Below the pieces are notes generated by a model, which did not search any database, had not been told where the DNA came from, and worked only from the letters and a program-made list of their open reading frames with translations. Shown piece after piece: positions 11,801 to 26,800 of a stretch of DNA of 64,000 nt. Numbering within the stretch: the stretch's first letter is position 1; each line of letters begins with the position of its first letter. Source of the stretch: Phoronis australis (Eukaryota > Animalia > Phoronida); assembly GCA_002633005.1 (NCBI GenBank), contig NMRA01000495.1, positions 185,692 to 249,691 on the forward strand, read 5' to 3'. The position numbers were made by a program, and so were the translations under genes.

Positions 11801-14800
11801 TCGTACAATGCAACTACATTCAAATTCATTGAAAATTTTATATTAGAAGCTCAATTTTCAAAATAAATCACCTTGAAATGCTGCAACCAGTAATCGGTCA
11901 AGCTAAAAAAAATTGAAAATTTAATAGCAACACAACATTGTGCGTGTCCGAAATAAATTAAAACTACGAAATAAAATCTGTATTGCATGAAAACATACCC
12001 AGTCAATTGAACGTTTTAAATTCAGTATCAGAATTCCGTTAGGCCTACGGGAACGACTCAAATCAGACAAAATATTCCGGATTTGGGCCGGATTCCCTAT
12101 ACTCTGGGCCGGAACAGTGACACGAAATGTCGCAGTGCACACTGCAGGCCTTGTCGTGGATACGGATCTATTCCAGGCACGGCACACGACATGATCGGTG
12201 GGGAAGTTGTGCAAATGTATCCCATTGCCGCTGACATTGCTGCACCCGCACACCACGCAAAGAGGCATTTTAGCCCAGAGATCGAATAGTACAGAACGTC
12301 CGAGAAATGGCACTCAGCTGTTACGCAGTGTGGCTCCCCAGTAAATTCGTGGCCACGATGATGTCATATGAACCACTTTACGCTGATTGGTTGAGATTTT
12401 TTCTGGGGCGCTCGAAGGGGCTACGAATTATGAGCGGTGTAATTTGCGTTGCAATTAATTACTTTCCGTGGTACGTAAGAAGCAAAAACAATATTTTTTA
12501 CGAACACTTTATACATGGATTTCTGGTGCCAAAAAGGTGTTTTAGCCGCTGGACGCTGTCTTTAACGGTACTGACGCTAACTTACCCTCTGAACACTGTC
12601 CATAATTACTTCCAATTATGATACCATAACTTCCATTTAATTGCATACTAGGTAAAGTTGGACACTTACCATCGGAACAATATTGAACACGTTCACAGTT
12701 CTTCCCGGCTCTGGTGGCAGCACAAACACACTGGTAATGCGCGATCCCATCGACACATGTTCCCCCAGCCTGGCATGGGTCTGATGCACACTCGTTGATA
12801 TTCTGTTCACAATTGGGACCTGTTGTCAAACAACATAGCATAAGGATACTCATAAAGCTTTGTTCAAGCTGGTCAATGCCGCATGAGAAAATTCAATTTC
12901 GGCTTGAAATCCTGCATCCCAAATTTTAGGGACTTCCCAAACTAAAGACTGATGTATTACAAATGAAAAGCGCACCACAAAATGAATGACACATGCCACA
13001 GTACAACTAAGTCCTAACATGTTCGTTTTCATGGCAGTAACACGACTGATAATATTACAACACAACTGCAATGCACCACTGGACAAAAGACAAATAGATT
13101 TCACACAAGGTTCCTGAAACAGTCAGCCACTGAGCACCTGCTGCACGTGAATAACCTTTCAACATAAAGCATACGACAATTCTATCACCAAAATTTCAAA
13201 ACGCACGACCCCTCAAAGTGCTCCACCCTATTCCAAACAAAACCCACAAGTGGGACAAAAGAATAAAAAGTGACACAAAAAACTACAAAAATAATTTGAG
13301 GTATCACTCATGGCCACATAACACACACCTCACAAATTTTCACACTGAAACGCCTATGCCAATCCTTCACTTATTGCGTGCTAAAATGTTTGCCAAGGCT
13401 GAGTACCTTTTGCAAACAACTTGAAATCAAGCAAGTATTGTTTTCAAACATCTAGACACTACAATCCATGCTTGTAATAGACTGATGTTCTTAACTTTTG
13501 TGGAGAAATTCAACAAAAAATAGAATTTCAGTTTGGTGGCTATACTGTGTTCTGAACACAAAATGAATTATGTAACCATACCATTCGTCCAACCCCATAA
13601 TTACAGAGTATTACAACTTATATTTCCTACAAAGAGCTCAATGTGTTACGATACTTACTGGATAGGGTTGAGTAATTTACAGGGGATCATTTTCGACACA
13701 AAACTCGTTCTTAAAAACATTTAGGCATTTTAAACCTACTTCACATTCACATCGTCGCTATATGTTGTGTTTCTAACTAATTTGACCAAGCAATCACAGA
13801 GACAATGAATTAGCTTGCCAAGTTCCACTTTAAAAATATTATCTAAAAATTGTGTATAAAAATGAATGTTCTATTTGAGTATTGCACATGATGCAGCTGA
13901 CATAAATTCAATGGTCCTGTCAGTAACCTAAATCGGCCTTCGTTTAACTTTGACTCCTGCACGTGATGTGGCAACTCTTGGGTCTGAACTGATAGCACTA
14001 CAAATCATGGCTTTCCACAACAAATACTAGTTTTGTCCAATTGAAGAATCTCTATGAAAATCAATGAAAACAAAGTAGCAAGGTAGACAGAACTTAACGC
14101 CTCATGCAACTTTTTCCTATAATTTTCCTAACATGTTTTCCCATAGCACCACACAGCATTCCTTAATTGCTAGTCCGAATCATAGGTTACCTTGGAAACT
14201 GTTTCACAGGTCATTATGTGCAATTATGTGACAGAAATATCTGTACCAGCCACCAATTCGTGAATCAAATTTCCGTTTTGAGCACACACGTCATACATAT
14301 GTCTCTATAAAAGCGGCGTCAAAGAAACAGAACATGTTAAAAATTTGTTGACGGCAGATTAACAAACAAGTCAGACTCTACCGTTGGGACCACCCACTAA
14401 AGTTCTAAGGTAATGATTATTTTTTATTATTAAAAGCATAGACGTACACATCACCTGTACGTATCTTCAGCATTGAGATCACGGGTTAAGTTCTTGTTTC
14501 TATCTAACCTCCCAATTTTTTATTAATTTTTGTCTTCACTTTCTTTTGGTTAATATGTAATTTGTTAGTAATGAAAACATGGTAAAGTACACTTCACCTT
14601 GTGCCATGTGATTCCATAATCTGACATACCGTAATCGTTCGGGTTAACGCCCATGCTCAGTTAACCGCACATCCCCGACTTTAAGTGGATTTTCGATTTA
14701 ACCGCCCACTGCTCGGTTAACCACCCTCCCCCGATTTTTTGAAGTCGCCAATTTAACCGCCCAGGGCGTTAACCCGAACGATTACGGTATATTCAACAAT

Positions 14801-17800
14801 TTTTTGTTGAAACAACATTCTGTAAATGGGTGGACGAGAAGCCCAAAATCAAGACTTTTCTGTAAATACTTGGCAATTTCCTAGCATGAAGAGGCAGAAA
14901 TACTCCAGCAACCCAACTGACCCATTGATCTTTATACGGGTAGCGCGGGATGTCAAACCCACAAAGGATTGTGGGAAACCGATCTACCGAAGCGCATTTC
15001 CAGTATTTGAAGATACCCGATCAGTAGAGCTCACTTTACCGGTAGCATTTCTAGCAGACAGAACTGTGTCACAGATACATTAAAGAAATGAGTTAAGGAA
15101 CCGTTCACAATTACCACAATTTTCAGGTGAAATAGTTTACTTGATGAGCGCCACTAAACCAGCAAACTCCACAATGTTGCTGTAGATGGCATTCATACAC
15201 CAGCAATTTCCTTGCTTTAGTTAGTTTAATGCCTTTGTGACCTTGTAGCCAGTAACTGTACTCATTTTGTACTTCTAGAGCGTGAACAAACACAGAGATT
15301 GCCACAGCAGAAGAGAATAAGTATGTCTACAGACAACGTATCAGTGCTTAACTTTAGAACAGAGAGCAAGATGACCAGTCCAGTCATGAGCCCAGTGAGC
15401 TTCGATTACAGTAATTTTGTAGCTATTGCAGATGACAGGTTATGGGACGAATCAGCACAGAGTATTGGTTTTGTGAGAGACGAAACACCGTATCCCAAAG
15501 AGCGGAAAACCAGCAATGAGACTGGCATTGTTCTATCACGAGAGCGGAAAATAAGTGACATTAGTGGGCTAGCGATTGCCGAAGCAGTGAAAAACACCCA
15601 AGCAGATCATGTGCGAAAAGCGTGGGAAGACATTTTCCCAGTGACTGACGCGAAAAGGGGAAAAGTACAGCGCATGAGTGTCATCTGCACATCTCACAAT
15701 GGCAACCGACACCAGACAGCTGATTACATGAGGGAGACAAAGCCAGGTGTTAAAGTGCACGTGTCAAATAGGACTAAAATAAGCATGGCGTCAAGGGACA
15801 AGGGGGAACGATCGAAGACAGTGACATTCTCACAGAACTTGACAACAGCGTACAGCTACCCATTCCAGCAAGACAGTCAGAAGCGGACAAAGATGTGCTG
15901 TATTCTTTGATATCTGACTCAGAACATTATTGTGCAAAACAGTGGGAAAACATGACTGTTTAAACTAGAACACAGTATGGTTGAACAGTGAAATTTGTTG
16001 GCAAATAGACATTTTTGATAAACTGTTACTAGCCAGTGCAGCAATTAGCCACCAACATATGGTGAAATTCTGAGCGTAGTAGCCCTGGAAAAATAAAGAA
16101 TTGAAAAACAGGAAGTTACACACTCTTCTGAACCAACTGTTGTGTTTATACAATGCAATGTTCTCTGTGGGGGGCAGTCTTGGAGATTCCACCATCTCGG
16201 TTCTAACTCTTGCCACAACTTTCACAAAAATACACTTGATAAATTTCACAAAGATCTAGCAGAGGGTTTGGGACATACAGCCACAGATGCAAAAAACAAA
16301 CTGTCACTAGGGGACGCCACAGTAGTCCGACCCATCCAAAAATAACTGTTAACTATGCTATTCATAATAGGAACACATGTGCCACTTTTTCACAATGATT
16401 CTCTTAGTTATTTGGCCAAGAGAAAGTCAGACTCGAAAACAGTGAAAATGGTAAATAGGTGGGTAAAATACTTCAAATCCATAAAAATGGAAGGTAACGT
16501 TGTCTCTCAGCCAGATAACTATTTGAAAATCCATTAAGGAACTCCGAAGACACAGTGGCAAAAAATAAACATGCCACTAGAGGGCACAGCCATAATTCGA
16601 TCTGTCCCAAAATTTGCCCATGCCTACCCATCTATGATAAGAACAGACTTGCGCACTTCCTGTACATCTATCAAGAGCCTTTGGAGACACAGCAGCATAC
16701 ACTGGATGCCAGACAAGACTCCAGACGGACAGGGATGACGCCATAATACACTCACATATCAATATATGGGCACATAAACTCCATGTTCTTATTGTTAACA
16801 CGGTCAATCCTAAAACATTTGGAGAAAGTTTGAAAACTCCTTACAAAGTGTACTATAAACAGTTGAGACAAATGCTTTATGTGTCTGAGTTGCACAACGA
16901 CATCGGGGAAAGACCGTCGACTTCAAAACACAAAATCCAGTTTTGTCATTCCAGGCAGGAACACATGGGGCACTAGCAGGTGAAAGTACCAGCTTTGTGC
17001 AAAACCTTCGGAACAGAATTTAGTATCTTTTTAACTGACCAACAGACCAAACACAAGTCATCTCTAAGTTGACCAATGTCATAACTGTGTTGAGACTGCC
17101 GCCCATACATGGAAACAAGAGACCACACCCATCCCCACTACTAGACCTTTGACTTCAATTTACCCAAAATAAGAACAAGGTCAAAGGTTTGCCTATCAAC
17201 CCGCTTATTTGAAACACTAATTATACCTTGATATCCCGGCTGGCATGCACACTGATAGCCATTCACGATATCGACGCATGACCCACCATTTTGGCAGGGG
17301 AAGCTGACGCAGTCATCTAGTTGAACTTCACACTGTCTACCAGCGAAACCCCGTTGGCAACTGCAGCGGAAACTTCCATCCTCAATCTACAACAACGGAT
17401 TATTCTGTAGCAATGTCAACGAAATCAACAAGACACCTCGTGCTCTTGCTGATACATCCAACAGTCTCACAGCACTCAACATGAAATTTGAATATTCTAA
17501 TCAACAGAAAAGGTTATTTGTAAAAGTGTCGCCATTTGAGGAAAACCCTTCCAACTGGACGTGTTAAAGGATGGGAAATATCTACCTAAATTTTTAATGA
17601 TCAATGAAAATGAATAGATTTCAGGGGGTCTCTGGTTTGATCCCTGGTCAGGGTATAAATCTTTTCGGAAGCTGTCTTGATGGACTTATCAAAGGCCTTT
17701 GACATCATTTAACCATCTCCACAGTAATGTACTCCTTAACAAGAACACAATGTGAATTTACAGAAGCGTGCTTTAGTATCTGATTTTGAAGGAAAAGAAG

Positions 17801-20800
17801 CATGGTAATTTTATGGGAAACGGTAAAATCTCACCAATTAAGGTTACACGTACCACTATTTCACAAAAAAAACATTAAAAACATTGGCGCTGACTATGGA
17901 AAATCCCAGACACACTTTCTCTATGAATTTTTGCAGAAGTTTTAATACAGAAAACTTGGAGAATGCTGGTGAAAGGATTTTTCCCAATCAATGTACCTTA
18001 GTTTTAAAAACAACACTTTTGCCAAAAAGGCATGATCACGTAACCACAAAAATGGTACAGTGTTGTGGATGACATGATTAGATTTTTCTCTGTCAATTCC
18101 TAGTTTCAGAAAATGTATTACTTTGTGAATTGACGCGTCAGTTACTTACTAATAATAAATATTTCAAGAAGGCAAAATTTTAATTAGAGATACGCATAAC
18201 CTTAAGGCCACAATATGGCCGACAGGTGAACTAACACAGAATGAAGGCTCCTATCAGTCTTAAGTTGTATACCATGATACATACCATCAGACAGTGTTTT
18301 GAAAAAGTGAAGGCATTCACAACTACAAGTTAGAAGCTTTTGAAATCAAAAAAAACGCTAATTTTGACAATTATTTTAGTCCAAAAATGGTGAAACGTTA
18401 CCATTTCCATCCCAGAATGCAACACCAGAAAAACGTTCCGATGAGTGCAATCGGTGGCCTTTTTAGCAAACAGCTACATGTAGTTACTGTATTGATAGGA
18501 AATTACTTACATAACAGTTACCGGAGTTCTGACACGGCAGCAACGAACATGGATTTGTTAGCTGACTACAGGTTGAGCCACTGTAACCTAAGAAATGGAT
18601 ATAAAGTGGTCTGTTTAGTTAAACAAAATAAACAGCAATAAGTGTGACTAAAACACATAGAATGCTAAACTACAAGTGTTATGGGTGAACGCCACTAACT
18701 TAGGCAACTGCGTGTCAAATAAATAATTTTGCGTGGCTGAAGTTTAATATACTTATGCCACGTATTAAAACTTTTAAAAAGATTTAATCCAAGTTGTTTC
18801 ACTAACTCCCATGCAAATAAAGCTAGTCACGTGACCGTACAATAATTGTTACACAGACACCTGACAAAGTTATTGCGTGGGCATATCGAAACGTGTCGTA
18901 TCAAGTTTATTTTGATGTTTTATGGGCACAAATATCAGGGATCACGTACTGGAGTTTTCAGTTATTCCAGCAAGGAAACCAACCATACTGTATTCGACAA
19001 AAAAAGCTTTAAACTGGTAATGAACCCGCGTTCTGTCAAAGAGGCGAAACTTTGATTTCGACTACTCACCACTATAAAATTGGTCTCCACTTCTTGTTCT
19101 TTACTCAATTGAGAAGTGAGTTCAGGGTTTGCATGGAAATGACTGTCAGTCATTTCTCGATACCCTGCTCGACGCAAAAAACGACACGCCGTGAAAAGCT
19201 AAATTCAGTTGAGGCTTTTGCAGCCCTGAAATCACCTCCAGTTTAACTAAGGATCAGTATGCAGTCTAAATCAAAGACCTTCGGGTGGTTTTTGTGATGG
19301 AAGGCGGGTTCATAGCAGCTTTATTAACACTTCCCTCAAAAATGTGCTGGCTTAACCGGCCAAATGTATCAAATAGAAATTAAATTCTGTCAAGTCTGTG
19401 TGGACAATAAGTTAAGGTTGCGTGCGACCTTGTCTGGGTATAGAGCCCAGTAAGTACAATATCATAGATTTTAAATCAGTAAAAGAGATTCTGTAGAGGT
19501 TGGTTTTTGGCATTATACTAGTCTGCTACTAATGCAGTCATGTATGTAATGTCTTTTTAGTAAAATTTAACACAAAAATTTCATAGTTAGCAAAAACAAC
19601 AGTACCAATAACATAACTTTTGTTTGACACGAAATCTCAAAAATGCTGCTAAAATTTTCTAACCTATCATTTTGTGTTCGTTTTATGCACCTTTTGAATT
19701 TTTCCTGTTTTTGATAGCCCTTCATGCAAAACTGTAACATTTTAAAAACAATTTGTCTTGAAGAAGAGAGTATAAAGCATGATGATGTCTGAAAGTTCCA
19801 CACGAGTCCATACTGCCATGTCTGAGAGAAGCTGTTCTGAAATTTGAAGGTCCTAAATAACATCAATACCTGGCTTGCAGCTACAATGATAGCCAGACCG
19901 AAGAGCTGTACAGACGCCGTTCAGACAAGGTGAGGGGTCGCAAACTCTGGGATTAATTGGTGGTAGACTTGTTGTAGTCACGGCAACAGAAATCAACTAA
20001 AAGTAGCAAATTCACCAATATGAACATTTAGGACACAAGGGCTGCAACAAAAAACAAAACAGTGCAGGTTTCAGGCTAGGCTGTGAAAGTATAACAAATG
20101 CCATAAAGTTCGTAATTTCAAACACGTACATTGGCTGATGTGAATTTCCATAAATGAAATTGCAGGATTTTTTGGTAAAATGTGACAATATAAATAAAAA
20201 AGTCTAGATGCCATTTTGTAAAGAAAAACAATAACAGTTAACCGACATTACCAAAATCAAAAGTTATTATTTATTACAAAGATTTACCACGAAAATCTAT
20301 AGAAGACATCTTAAAAAATTTTCATAATTGGTGCTTAAATAATGCATTTAAGAGAATTTATGATAAGAGAAGTCAATTATGTACATTGAACGATTTGCAA
20401 AAAAACATGAAGGTTGACAACTATCTAATAAATAAATGTAATTTTTCTTTTGCTTGCCAATCTTCAAAAGATTTTATAAATTTCACACTTTCTTGTTCTC
20501 AGATACCTTTTTGAACATGTATAATGCCATGGCCTGTTTGTAAGCACTAACAATGTATTGGAATGGCTGCAACATTTTTGCAAAATAGTTACAAGTGTCA
20601 CCCAACTTTAACAATGTCTTTACTGCACTACATTAGGCTGAACCACAATTATGGCAATTACTAATTAATTATAATAAGCGCATTAAGCAGGTATTATGCA
20701 ATTAACTTAGCACAAATAGGACATTTTACTGCAATCAGTTATAAGTACATTAGGCAGATATATATACTGTCTTAGTCTGGTATGTACTTAAGGTAGCGCA

Positions 20801-23800
20801 AATAGTCAACTTTGCAGCAGTCACTAATAAGCGCATTAGGCAGGTATTATGTACTTTAAGTAGCGCAAATAGTCAACTTCGCAGCAGTCACTAATAAATG
20901 CATTAGGCACGTATATACGTACTTAAAGTAGTGCAAATAGTACATTTTGCATTACAAAGAAGTTCTGTAAGTACATGCTTCCAATTTGTAGCTACTCACC
21001 CACTTCCAACAAGTTTGGATTTTCATTGCTTCTCATAGCATTACGTTTTTGTACGCAGATATGAAAGTTGGTTGGGATGACTTCAATTGATAGAAATTAC
21101 ATGGCAAATCTTTATCGGCCATATTAAGACCTCTTGAAATTCAAACTTTAAGCTGTTTTTGCACTAGAAGTAGTCCAGACTAATCTGTGGTTCGAGCATA
21201 ACTTCGATTAGCAATTACGACAACCAACCGAGGGGTAAAGTGCCACCTTTCCCTGTTGACATAATTTTGAAAGCTGCGCATTAAAAGGATTCATTTTTTG
21301 TCCAAGCAACATAACTGTGATCAAGACCTTTGTCTGATTTATTCTTTGGGAATAACTTTGAATGAGACAGCCCTAACTGCCCTTCATGTTTGCTGCAAAC
21401 ATGACTGAAGACACGTAACGATCCTGTTCATCGACCATATCAGACATTGTCCACAAAATTTCTACGAACTTTGTGAGAGCATGTTTCAATCTCTGTCAGT
21501 CCTTATTTGTCAAACATATTTTGCTTGTTTATTCCTTTATAACAAGGAGGTGCACCAGAGAGTATTTACGAGCTAGAGCAGATGGATTTTAAACAGCAGC
21601 CATCTACTGACAGGAACACAAAATTAAATGTAAATTCGCTTTACATCAAACTTTTATACAACACTTGTTAGCAAGCAAAACAAAAACGGAGGTTAAGACC
21701 ACAGCAGGTGATTTTACCAACCTCTTCATAAAAGTTAATAACATCTATTAATTTAAGAAAGAAGTCAAAACTTTTTGCGCTCAAAGTTTTTGAGGAATTC
21801 TTTCGGCTATTTTTTACATGTCAAAGACAACAGCTGTTCCAAATCACACCCAGAGGCAGGTTACCAAGCAATTTACAACAAGCGTGAAAATAATACAGTC
21901 TAAACCTTTCGCATGACTGTGGTTAATATAAGCGGAATTTATAGTCTGCTCACTAATCTTTTTTTTTTCACTGTTCTAACTTCTGCACCGTCCTAAATGT
22001 AGTTCAATTTCAATATACCTTTTGCGTTAGGACTAAAATTCTTGTGATCGTAAAACAAAGTCCACAGGTATAACTCATTACTGTGGACCAGTATGAGATC
22101 CTAGCTCTGTAGTGAGAAAGGCAATACAGTTTTGAACATCCATTTCTCTTTAGTGAGCGATCGATTCGCATCAAGTTTTGCTATGGTGGAGGGTACCATG
22201 TTTCAGATTTTTCACTTTGCGTTGAACAACGGAGATAACGTACGAAAACAAAGAAAACTTTTGCGATGAGGTTTTAAGGCTACGTAGGACCAAGTTTGTG
22301 TACTTACGAAAACAATAAAAAACTAATGAATTTTAACTTCGTAATAAAAGTACATGCTTTCTGAAAGTAGAAGAGATGTAGAATTTGATTTTAGACTTTT
22401 TACTTACGCCATTGATTGGGTCAGGTGACCACGTCTTTTCAGTGAAATTTAACAAAAAAGAAACATAAGATACGTTGATAGACAAGCAACATTTATCACA
22501 AACACGTCTCGACTAAATTTCATTTCACATAAATAGTCGAGATCAGTTTGTTAGTTTTCTAAATTTTCGTTTCATTTTCGTGTTATGCAACTCTGACTTT
22601 TCATGAAAATCATAATAAATTATTTATAATAAAGTCCTATTTTGTGACAGTCCCCTATGCAAACATGGAACATTTTAATATCAATAATCCCTAAAAGCAT
22701 TTTACAGAAGAGTACATATACCAGTATTAATACAAAATATTCAAAAATGAAAAAGAGCTACACAGCCATGTATTATCTGAAAGGTTTGGGTGAATTTTGG
22801 AAAACCATTTCTCAGATCGGATGTTCAAAAGTTCGCCAAATTTCGAATTTTTATGCGGTCCTAAATAACAAGTGACTTCCATGGCTTAATCCTCAGTCTG
22901 TTGCTCGAGAGTAAAACAAGAACATCAAGTTTATTTACGCACTCGCCAACAATTCATTTAAAAATTCACGTTCAAAGAAAAATGCGATTATTATCGTGAA
23001 AATGGTGGTCACATGATTATAAATGATAGGGTGATGTTTTACGCCACAAATTCACTCTGGGTCACAAAGGAAGTATTCAGAAAAAGTTGTTTTCCTGAAA
23101 TGTGAAAGGACTTCACAAGTAAACAGTTAACCTTACTAACCGGCTGGCAGGCTCTACAGGAAGTGTCAATGTGAGGTTGACACAAACAATAGCAGAACAA
23201 TAAAAAGACCACGCACTCAGACCTGCCAGACAACTAAACGACAGCTTATTTGTCTCTAGAGTAGGAGTATGGTGGCTAACAAATAGTTCTGAACACGTTG
23301 TCAAGAAAAATTGCCACCCAGGGTTCTTCTCAGGGAAAAAATCACAACATGGCTCAAATTGCACATCGCTTTGCGCTTTTGCATTTTAATCTTCCTATCT
23401 GCCTATTTACAGATTAAAACTAACAGTAACACTGTTTCCTGAGCATGTAATCACCATTAACTGCACAACAAAAGAATAGCCACAGCAAAATCTCGCCAAT
23501 TTAGGACACACAATATGGGGGACAGATCTATGAGACATTATTTTCTCATTTTTTCATAAAAGATAATGTGGCATCATATCAATGCTTTGTCATGTTCAAG
23601 TTATGTACCATCAAAAAATATTTTTTGAAAAAGGTAGTCATTCGCAACAATTTTAGGAGACCTTGTAAAACGAAACAAGAGCAATGCGCACCGTTGATAG
23701 GCACCCACCATGTGCATCGCATGTAGCGCGGAGACAATATTATTGTTGATTACTATATTAAAAAATCTCACTAAACGGAACCATGCTAATAAACTTAAAA

Positions 23801-26800
23801 TAGCCTCTAGGGCACGCATAGCAAGTCAGAAATAATCTCCTCAATAGGAACACACTTGCCAAGACCGTAAAAAAAACTGGCACTCGGGGCATTTTGTGAA
23901 GTGTGGCTGTGTTCCGTAGTCATGAGAAAATCACCAAAAGGTGAAACGAGAATGTTTCGCGAGCATGCTAGGAAGTTAGCCACTAAGGTGATTGGTCGGT
24001 GAGGTTGGAATGTTGAATTATGGGATAGAATTCACTCATTCCATTCCACAAGTGAAGAAATCTCACCAGAGTGTCTTAGGTCTAAGGAACACAATCCTGA
24101 GTTTGAATGGCACAGCGGTTTTCAGTAGAAAAGCCCACGGGCATTTCATCGGGTGGGCTTATCTACAGAAAGTCCCGGTATTGGTTAGCACACTACGAGG
24201 CTATAGAACTAAGGGCCTATTTCCTTCCTGTATTAGGTCTCAGCAGGAGTGCGTGAAAGGAAGTGAACGTGCAGATTGGTTAAAGCCCCTCATGGGAGAA
24301 AGGCCCAGGAGAGATGTTGTTACGGTCGTAGCAAAAATAATGAAATAAAATGAATGTTACCTGAGTGGGCGACGTCTCTGGAGCAGTAGTTACCGACAGT
24401 GTTGTAGTACCATCTGTTGTCATCAGTGAAGGATTAGAGGTGGCAAGTGGGTTCCCTGAGTTATCGGGGGGAGATGTAATGTCGATATTAGCAGATGCGC
24501 TGGCAAGCAAGGTCTACAAATAATGAAAGAATATTATAAATTATGCATGTAACTAAACAGTGGCACTAAAATATTAATGAGGCAATATTTGAAATAGATG
24601 CTCAAGAGGGTTTTTTTTTGAAATGCGTCCGCGACAACAATGCAAAGAGTGTGCTTCTAGAGGTGTTAATTAGTATCAAAAATAGACACTAGGTGGTGCA
24701 GAAAATGTCAAATCCATCCCAAAATGGATAGATGCTATCGCCATCATAACAGAAACTTGTTTACCGCATTTCAACAAAAACTGTCACAAAACTCAGAATG
24801 TATATTAATACAGAATGTAAAAACTAAAATTGACACTAGGAGGTACAGCAGTAATTAAAGCCGTCCAAAAGCCGTAAGTAGCTGTAGTCACATTGATAAT
24901 TCTTGCAAAATTTCACAAAGACTCTTCAAAGAAGTGAGGAGATACGACAGAGGAAGCGTCACAGTTGTCAAATCTGTCCACAAATCAACATCTTCTTATC
25001 AGGAACAAAAAAAATCGCACTAGAAAATAAAAATGGCCACTAGGTGATGCAAAAATACATCAAATCCATACAAAAATGGAAGACTATTATGGTCATCTCC
25101 TTAATAGAAACTTATTTTCTGATTATCACAAAAAAACAAACAATGAACTCCGAAAATACTGACTGAGGCAAACCTAAACAACTAAAACTGCCACTAGGCG
25201 ACACAGTCAGTGGTAGTCGAAAGGGTCTGAAACACATCATAAAATGTTGTGAGCTCCATAGGAACACGTCTGCCAAATTTCACGAAGATCCTAAAAAGGT
25301 TGAGGAGACACAGCTGCACATGAAAAAAAAACACTAAGGGGCGCCAAAGTAATGAAACCCATCTGAATATCAACGTCAACCGTAGTGTTCTGATCAGGAA
25401 CGCATCTGCCTAATTTTCACAATGATCCTCCAAGTAGTTTGGCGGATAGAAAGGCAGACGCACAAAATGGATTCGAAACTGCTAAAAATTCCCACTAGGA
25501 GGCATACAATACAAAAAATCTATCTGAAAATGGAAAGGCATTGTCATCACCTTAATAGAAACCTATTTGACAAGTTTCATGAAAATCCATCAATGATTTC
25601 CAAAGATACACTGTAAAACGTAACTAGGGGCACACCAATTATTGTATTGGGCTGAAACTCGTCACCATCTGTTGTCCATAGAAACACATCTGCCAAATTT
25701 CACAAAGTTCTTGCAAAGTGTAAAGGAGATACAGCCATGATACAAAATGAAAGAAAATGTCCACTGGGGCGGCAGAGTACTCGAACACACCCAAAAATCG
25801 ACATCAATTGCGGTATCCTCATCAGAAACACACCAGCCAATTTTCATAATGATCCTTCCAGTGGTTTGACAGATAAGAAAGGTGGACACCAAAAATGAAC
25901 TTGAAAATTTAAAAAACGGACACTAGGTGGATCGTCAAAGACATCAGAAAATGTAAAGGTGTCATCGCCTTCATAATAGAAACCTATTTGTCAAATTCAA
26001 GAATTACGAAGATACAGAAGCAACCGCAAAAAAATAAAATTGCCACTAGGGGGCATAGCGGTAGTCCGATTTGTCCGAAAGTCGGCGTCATCCGTCGTCA
26101 GCTTCATAGGAACACACCTGCCCAATCTCATTTAGATCATGTAAAGGGTTTAGGAGACACAGCAGTGGATGCCGGATGCCTTGACGTCCAGACAGAGATG
26201 ATGGCAATATGCACCTGCATAAAAATATGCGGGTGCATAAATGCATATACATTGACTCACATTCTCAATGCTCTTTTTCCCACCAGAGGTCACCACTCTG
26301 CTGTCAGTAATTACATCTGATTGGGTGGTTGCTGCTGCAGTTGTGCCAACAGAGACCTCTGTGGTGGCTGGTTCACGTGATTCTGTAGTTACACGAGCTT
26401 GTGTTGTAGATTCAGCACTTGGTGATGAAGTAACTGTTGTTGACTCTTGGTTCTAAGGAATATGCCGTATTTTAACATCAACAACATGCTGCAAATCTAA
26501 CAACAAATAGAGATCAAAAACATCTAGAATGAATATTTCCACGTTCATTTAGTAATTATCCAACAAAGCAAAAGGAACAGAGAAACATTTTTTACTTTTC
26601 AAGTACATCAGATAAAAGCCATTACTCTCAATTTTGTTAAGGCTATAGTCAGCCTTACATCGACAAGTAAAAGAATTAAAGTAAGATAAAATAAGAAATT
26701 AGAAACATTTTCTTAGGTCAAAAATAACACCTGTGAGCTTTAATCCAAATACAGCATAACCATAGAAGACTAGATGTCATTGAGTTAACTTGCCTTATTT

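Noticed and set aside
11090-12561. Single TTAA-flanked element enclosing the THAP remnant
   Set aside because: TTAA sites exist at both candidate ends, but the termini (AGGCCAAGTATGG and AGACAGCGTCCAG) do not match as TIRs.
17624-17665. SINE/tRNA B-box-like GGTTTGATCCC
   Set aside because: No A box or body sequence recognisable; too short to call.
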